DNA from: Heteronotia binoei
Lineage: Eukaryota
Direction: 5' to 3'
DNA length: 64,000 bases
NCBI RefSeq assembly: GCF_032191835.1
Contig: NC_083223.1
Coordinates: 151,962,001-152,026,000, forward strand
The translations under genes and the position numbers were made by a program. This document shows, piece by piece, positions 57,709 to 64,000 of this stretch (position 1 is its first letter; every line of letters begins with the position of its first letter). The notes beneath the pieces were generated by a model that was not told the origin of the DNA, did no database searches, and saw only the letters and a program-made list of their open reading frames with translations.

Positions 57709-58945
57709 AGAGACTGGAGGAAATGGGTAATAGGCAACAGTGGCAAGGGTTGTGACCTGCAGACCTTGCTGTCTAAGTAATGTGATCTCAGGGCAGCAGG
57801 GATGGAAGGGGGAGGAAAAGAAGTCTGGCTTTGAGACAGCAAATCACAGGCTGTGATGACAACAGAAAGCCTAATAAAAGCCAGCACCCTTCATTTTCAA
57901 ATGAAACAAGAGCAGGAGATGTGATTTATTGCCTCACAAATATCACAGGGGTATAGCTTTCTTTGAAATGGCTTTCATGTTACTGTGGAGGTGCACCAGC
58001 ACTGATACTGGTTGCTAAAAAGTACAGGAGTTTAGCATCAAGAAACAAAAAGATAGGACAATTTATATGTTTTTGCTGCAGCTGAACATTGATGAACGAA
58101 GGAGACGTACAAAGCCCTCTGCTTAGAGCAAAACCAGGACATCACAAATAAAAGGTTGCTGTCAAAAATGGCAGCCCTGTGGTGAGTTCTTCTTCCTTTT
58201 CAACATGAAAAGGATGTGCTGACATCTTTATCTCTATCCTTCGAGTTGCAGACTATGGCATAGCATAGAGCCAATAAAGCACACACTGTACTGATGTTAG
58301 GATATCTGGTAAGGTAAACTATATTTTATGACTAGGAGAAGTCAGCACAGTGCCACCACTTTCAGAGGCAGTTTTGTTTATCTGATAATGTGTAGTTCCA
58401 CTCTGAGCCAATGAGATAGTCTTCTGGACACATCATGTTCAGAAGACGACTGTAGGCTATGGTGGATGTTTACCTTTGTCAGTTTCATTAAGATGAAACA
58501 GGGTAGAACCATGACAGGTCATTAAATTGGTATGTCTGGTAAACCCAGGATCAAATCCCCATTCTTCCATGTGAAGTTGATCTTTCAGCTCAGCCTGTCT
58601 CACAGGATTGCTGTAAGGAGGGCAGTCTGATGTATTCTATCTTGAGCTCCTCAAGACATGTGCTACATTATACATATATACTTGGAAGAAACCAGATACT
58701 TGATTTCAATGTTGTTTTTTACATAGTAGTTTAGGATTGGAGCCTATGTCCTTCTTTCTACGATAGCAGTTACATCCAATGTTTTGCCTTTTTTTTTTGA
58801 GCAAACAAACTGAATGATGGACGTATCCCTGAAATTCAGCTCAGAAAATTTTCCCAATAAATTGGTCACCTCAGATTTCCAAGAATCTGGAAAACTGGTC
58901 TAGAGCCGCAAAACAAACGGGCTTCCCTTTGAAGTCCAGCAGAGT

Positions 58946-59277
58946 CCCAAAGGGTGATTAACACATGGAATTCACTGCCACAGAAGGTGGTGGAGGCTAC
59001 AAGCATAGACAGCTTCAAGAGGGAATTGGATAAACATGGAGCAGAGGTCCATCAGTGGCTATTAGCCACAGTGTATTGTTGGAACTCTCTGTCTGGGGCA
59101 GTGATGCTCTGTATTCTTGGTGCTTGGGGGGGGGCACAGTGGGAGGGCTTCTAGCCCCATTTGTAAACCTCCTGATGGCACTTGGGTTTATTTTTGTTTT
59201 TGGCCACTGTGAGACACAGTGTTGGACTGGATGGGCCATTGGCCTGATCCAACATGACTTCTCTTATGTTCTTATGT
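58946..59277 (+). mobile_element. CR1 3' end
   Basis: Homologous to 14380-14711, with a TCTTATGT tail. Confidence 0.88.
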
Positions 59278-59786
59278 AGGAGATGTCTGAAGCTGAAAAC
59301 TGAAGCTGAAAACTGTTTTTGGCCACTTAGTGACTTAGGCTGATTTTACACTGGGCAAAAGATCCAGTAATGCTGCACTTTCAAAAGTGATCATCTACAT
59401 TACAATGTGCCTTGACTTCTGTCTTGCTCCGGTGTTTTGACTGTCATTTACATTTAAATTCCTGAATTGGCTCTGACACAGTTTTCAGCATGGAGTTGCC
59501 CCTGACTTTCCAAGACTACTTTAGAATGAGGGTTTTCCAAGAAGTGCATTCCACAGGACCATAAAGATGTTATCTTTCCTGGAAAACAGGGCAATAAACT
59601 CGTTTCTCAAGAAAGAACAAAGGAACTCTTAAACTTGCCCCCCTCCCCCCCCTCCACTAAAGCAAGCAAGTGTGAAGGGGAAGTCCAGGAGCAAAATTTT
59701 GAGTGTAGATGAAAAAATATACTCTGAATTTCTAGAAGGTGATTTCAGTGCTCAGAAAATCAGACCCAAACATGAATGTAGAATCA

Positions 59787-59861
59787 GCCACAGAGTGTTG
59801 GACTGGAAGGATCATTGGCCTGATCCAACATGGCTTCTCTTATGTTTTTATGCTCTTATGT
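59787..59861 (+). mobile_element. Very short CR1 3' end
   Basis: GAGTGTTGGAC..GGCCTGATCCAACATGGCTTCTCTTATG. Confidence 0.8.
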
Positions 59862-60954
59862 CTGTTTAAGCTAAAATATTACAAAGAAAGATCTTGTGTA
59901 TTTCAAAGAGCGCTTTCCTGGATAATTGCTTGCTTTCCTAACATCTAAAGTAAGAACTGTTATAGATTTATCTACACCATTCTCTGTTTTACAATAATTA
60001 TTCCAATGCAAATACAGCTTAAGTGTCTGCAACGATCCTAAACTTATAGTAATTGAGATTCAGAATATCTTATGCACTGACTAATTGTGATGGAAATGTT
60101 TTTAGAAATTAAAGGAGTCCGTAAAATTGGTCAGCCCTAATTGATAGGTCTTTGTTAGACTGAAAAATCTTGCTACCTGGTTCCATCCTATTTACAGTAG
60201 ATGACTACTTCCTTATCATTCACACTTTAAGTATTCTTATATGCTCTGGGGAAATATGCTATTTCCTGTGAGACAGACAGCTAAAAAAAATAATTTCTAC
60301 TCAATAGTAGTTCAGCACTGAGAATACTTAACTTGAATCAGCATGCATGCAGAACTCAGAATTTCTGCCTCTTTCAGTCTCTACTTCAGGAGGACCTGGG
60401 AGTCTTTTGGGGGTGGAGCCGGGAGGCTTTTCCATTCCCTAAAAAATAATTAAGTAAAAATACAGCAGTGTAGTTCCCCTGAATATAGTCTTCATTTCCT
60501 CCCCTAAAAGTGAAAGTGAACTCACAACCACATATACAAAGCAGCCAAAAGAAATACTTTACATGCCCTCACTTTTCTGATCTCCCTGGAGCAATGGTAT
60601 AGATAGCTTTGCCCACTGGAGTTGCTGAATGTAACATTCTGATGTATTTCAACTAACTTACAGAGAGAGAGGTCTAGGGATGTAGTTTTCCACTATCCCA
60701 TACTCAGGTTCTAGTTAACTCTTTACTATCTCTTTTGCTACTCTCACAGCTTCTGAAAGGAATGCAAAACGAACAGAGGGATTGGGCTCTCTTGCTTCCT
60801 CTCTCTCACACACACATGTGGCTCATCCTGCTTCCGCCCCCCCCCCCCACAGCTTCAGTCTTGCTGAGATTTAAAAGCACATACACACCTTCTAAAACAG
60901 AAGCAGTTGCTAACTTTGGAAACTGCCTGAGATCTAAAAGCACATTGTGGCTGT

Positions 60955-61205
60955 TGGGGCAGGGCTTCCCCCACCAGCCAGCTGTCTGGTGGTGGGGAGC
61001 AGCCTGCAAAACCAGGGGATCCCCCACCTGGACCTGGGAACTGGCAAGCCTAGATGTCACTTCCAAAAAAACCTCAGAAGTGACATCAGCCCTCTCTAGG
61101 AATCATCAGAATTTCTAGATATGTAAAATACTGTCATTGATTGCAGCCCTCTCATGTCCCCACTCCCCTGGTCATCTGCTGGTTGCCATGGGCTCAGCAA
61201 CCTTT
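60955..61205. mobile_element. Degenerate hAT MITE fragments
   Basis: TGGCAAGCCTA at 61042-61052 and CAGCAACCTT near 61200. Confidence 0.45.
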
Positions 61206-61244
61206 TACCTCATTTCATTGGGAGAAGCAGCAAACACACCAGAA

Positions 61245-61860
61245 GATACAGAGCTCAACGATATCTGAACATACTGGAAAAGTGAATGGATATGAATAAG
61301 ATGCAATTTAACAAGGATAAGTGACAAGTTTTACATCTGGTAACAAAAATGAGCAACATGCATACTGGACATGGGATACACTTGGGTAGCAGTGTGTGTG
61401 AACAAAATTTTGGAGTACAAGTGAGCCATATGTTAAATATGAGCAGCCACTGTGATGCAGCAACAAAATAATGCGATCTTGGGGTGCATCAACAGAGGCA
61501 TAACATCCAAATCACAAGATGTCATAGTTCTGTTGTACACTGCACTGGTCTCTTCAGACCAGTTTTCATAAACGAAATTAGGACCATATTGTCAGCATAA
61601 AGTAGAACAGAAATCTTTTGATGGCCCAAAGTGGTGTGTATGTGTGTGTGTGAACTGAGGTCCTGAGAGGCTCTCAACTATGCTATTAATATAAAGGTTG
61701 AATAATAAGGGGGCCAGCACGCAACCCTGCTTCATCCCCTTCCAAACTGTTATTCTGTCAGGGAGGGAGCCAGAGGTTCCTACTCTGCATTGGTCAGGCC
61801 ACATCTGGAATACTGTGTGTAGTTCTGGAGGCCCCACTTCAAGAAGGATGTAGACAGGAA
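61245..61860 (+). mobile_element. Old CR1 RT C-terminal fragment, interrupted
   Basis: MNKMQFNKDK, LGCINRGI, and [21 protein letters not shown]. Confidence 0.8.
61551..61780 (-). pseudogene. Internal RT fragment of a different LINE (RTE-like)
   Basis: GMKQGCVLAPLLFNLYIN and ISVLLYADNMVL. No 3' tail. Flanked by TAC(A/T)CTGCA(C/T)TGGTC. Confidence 0.78.
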
Positions 61861-63201
61861 CTACAGTACAAGAATTCAAATCAGCTTTCAGTAACAAAGA
61901 TCAATGTTATGCTTCCCAAATTTGCTAGGAGTATAATAAAATGATCTATTTGGAATTCATGTAGGAATTCATGGTTTTCTTTGCTGTTAAACACATTACA
62001 ATATTTATTCTTTATTTTTAAAAAAGTTATTCAAAGGAACAGTTGCAGAATTCCCACCACCTCTTATCTTGTATTACATGTCAATAGACATTTCATTTCT
62101 ATTTTAATTTGGTCTGTCAACAGCCTCTCCTTTGGGAAGTTTGCCTGGAAACAGAAAATTACAATTTTTGAAATATCAGTTAAAGCTCCAATTGTTTCAA
62201 GCATAATTTTCTGCTTTTAACTTTTAAAAACAATTGCTTAAGGCAGTTGTCATTGTCTAGAAAGTGGATTTTTGTTTTCCATCTCAGACCCAAACATGCC
62301 TTTTAAAAGCTCAGCCAAGCCTCTTTCACAATCCACCTGGGCAATGCATCCAATGCATCACACATTGCAACACTACAGTATTGTAGCTAGATATTTATAT
62401 TGTTTGTTTTATCTTAGCAATGTTCAGTGCAGTCCTGAGAGGGCATGCTGAAAGTGTCTAGGGAGTAGTCCAGTCACTACTTTCCCAAGATACATTTGTG
62501 CAACCAGACGATAACAGGTGGTAACCCAGTGCTTCTGCATCATTGTTGAGTGCAGGGGGAAAGGCGAGGATGAGCATTGTTAACCCTGTACCAGTGGAGG
62601 AGGGGGTGGGCACTGGAGTTAGTTGGCTCCCTACCCAGGAATGCCCACTGTTTATGGCATAGAGCTACACCTGCAAAAACCACTGCATAGCCCATAGGAG
62701 CCCACTACTACTGCTGGTGGTTAATGCTGTCCTATTAGAGAATCATTTCATCTGGCCTCCTTTGGTCTCACTCAACAGTATATTTACACATTGTATTCCC
62801 AATGGCCCAGCAAAAATAATTGCTACTACATAAACAAGCCCTCACTCTATTTCTGGCAAGTTATCTTTGCAGTTATAATAGTGTTCAACTCAGCCAAAAA
62901 ATAAATGACTTAGATCATTCTAATAGTCTATGTTTACTTGGATTTTACTAATCTCTCAATTTTATTTTACCTAACAGCCCTCTTTCTAACCATTCATAAA
63001 ATATTTGTACTGTGTTCTTCAATTTTACTAGTGGCAAACTCTTCTTGCTGTTTTTCTTAAAAGCCTTATTTATTTGATTTTTATAGTGCTCTCTCCTGGC
63101 GACAGGGCTCAGTGTCATGTACATCATATCAATAAATACATTTATACATCACCATATATTGAATTTAAAACAATTAAAATAATAACTCAGCTATGCCAAA
63201 A

Positions 63202-63329
63202 TGGCATTAAGGGCATTTTATGTCCTTTCCCCATGAGGGAGAAGAGAGATGGAGAAGGCCAGACTTTGTGGCATTTTAGGAATGCTTTATGTCCTCTCCC
63301 CATAGGGAGAGGAGAGATGAAGGAGGCCA
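63202..63329. repeat. Local tandem duplication, period about 69 bp
   Basis: TTTATGTCCT(T/C)TCCCCAT..GGGAGA(A/G)GAGAGATG..GGCCAG occurs twice (TGTCC at 63221 and 63290). Confidence 0.7.
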
Positions 63330-64000
63330 GGCTTGTTGGTAACCATTGTTGGCCTCAACTGTAGGCCTGGTGGAACATCTCTGTCTTACAGACCCTGCAA
63401 AACTGCAATAAGTCCCACAGAACCCAGATTTCGTTAGATAGAGAGCTCCTGTTGGCTTTTTTTTTTTTTGCAAGTTCCCTCCTTGAAGTCACAATTAACT
63501 TTGTTTATGCATACTGATGTCATAGCTAGCTTAAGGTTACAGACCAACAGAATAGCCTGAACATATTTGCTGCCAGAGCTAGGTGAGAATATGCATAATT
63601 AGCTTGTATTGGGATGCTTCAATTGGGTAATCAATACACTGGGTTTGGACTGGAGATTAAAGATTGAGTTTCATTTTATGGCCCTTTGTGAATCTCTCGT
63701 CTTTCCTCACACGAGTTTTAAAAGTCTCTGAGTAAACGTGCAGGTCAGATAGTATCTAGACAGGATGTCTTCCTGTGTTGTTTGTTATTTTTCAACTCCC
63801 TTTATTAGAAAGTTAAAGTTTCTGTTTTAAAAACATTTGCTTTGCTGTGTTGGGAAGGAACTTGCAAAAAACCAACAATATCACTATAGTATTATGCTGC
63901 TAAATGGAACATTGCATGATGATGATGTGCAATGGTGCGGGGAAGGTGTGGCACAGGGTGAAATCTCTGTATCAGAACAACCTTAGCGGTCCAAGCCCTA

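Noticed and set aside
58160-58190. AAAATGGCAGCCCTGTG|GTGAGT as a micro first coding exon
   Set aside because: Such motifs occur by chance; there is no CpG island or other promoter evidence.

Overview
This is non-coding vertebrate DNA, most likely squamate and gecko-like (inferred from Sauria/Squam-type SINEs, BovB, young L2, CR1 and L1). It is dominated by nested transposable elements. I could not confidently identify any host exon, genuine tRNA/rRNA gene or CRISPR array, and there is one 143-N assembly gap. Main contents: (1) a complete Ngaro-type tyrosine-recombinase retrotransposon (513-6883, minus) with split direct repeats A1..B1-A2-B2 and decayed gag, RT/RH, YR and SGNH-hydrolase ORFs. 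Its RT core is deleted and it carries old SINE cargo; two related 3'-end relics lie at about 25.2 kb and 55.1 kb. (2) A truncated tRNA-Ser-primed Gypsy inside a hAT MITE (9.2-11.8 kb). (3) A TSD-bounded Tf1/sushi-type chromovirus (14712-21706) with a self-priming signature, an L1 inside it and an aberrant 3' LTR. (4) A LINE pile-up at 35.6-53.8 kb that reconstructs as one full-length CR1. It was hit by three L1s: one with a 13-bp TSD, one with a twin-priming-like inversion of its whole 5.5-kb 5' part, and one with an insertion-associated deletion. It was then split by an apparent 15-kb inversion whose junctions are occupied by an L2 and a tail-less CR1 fragment. (5) Many hAT MITEs with 8-bp TSDs, plus SINEs, a solo LTR and BovB. 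The strongest novel-looking signals are structural (rearrangement mechanisms and a non-autonomous Ngaro lineage), not a new gene system. All family names come from recognised motifs, not database searches, and boundaries without a TSD are approximate.
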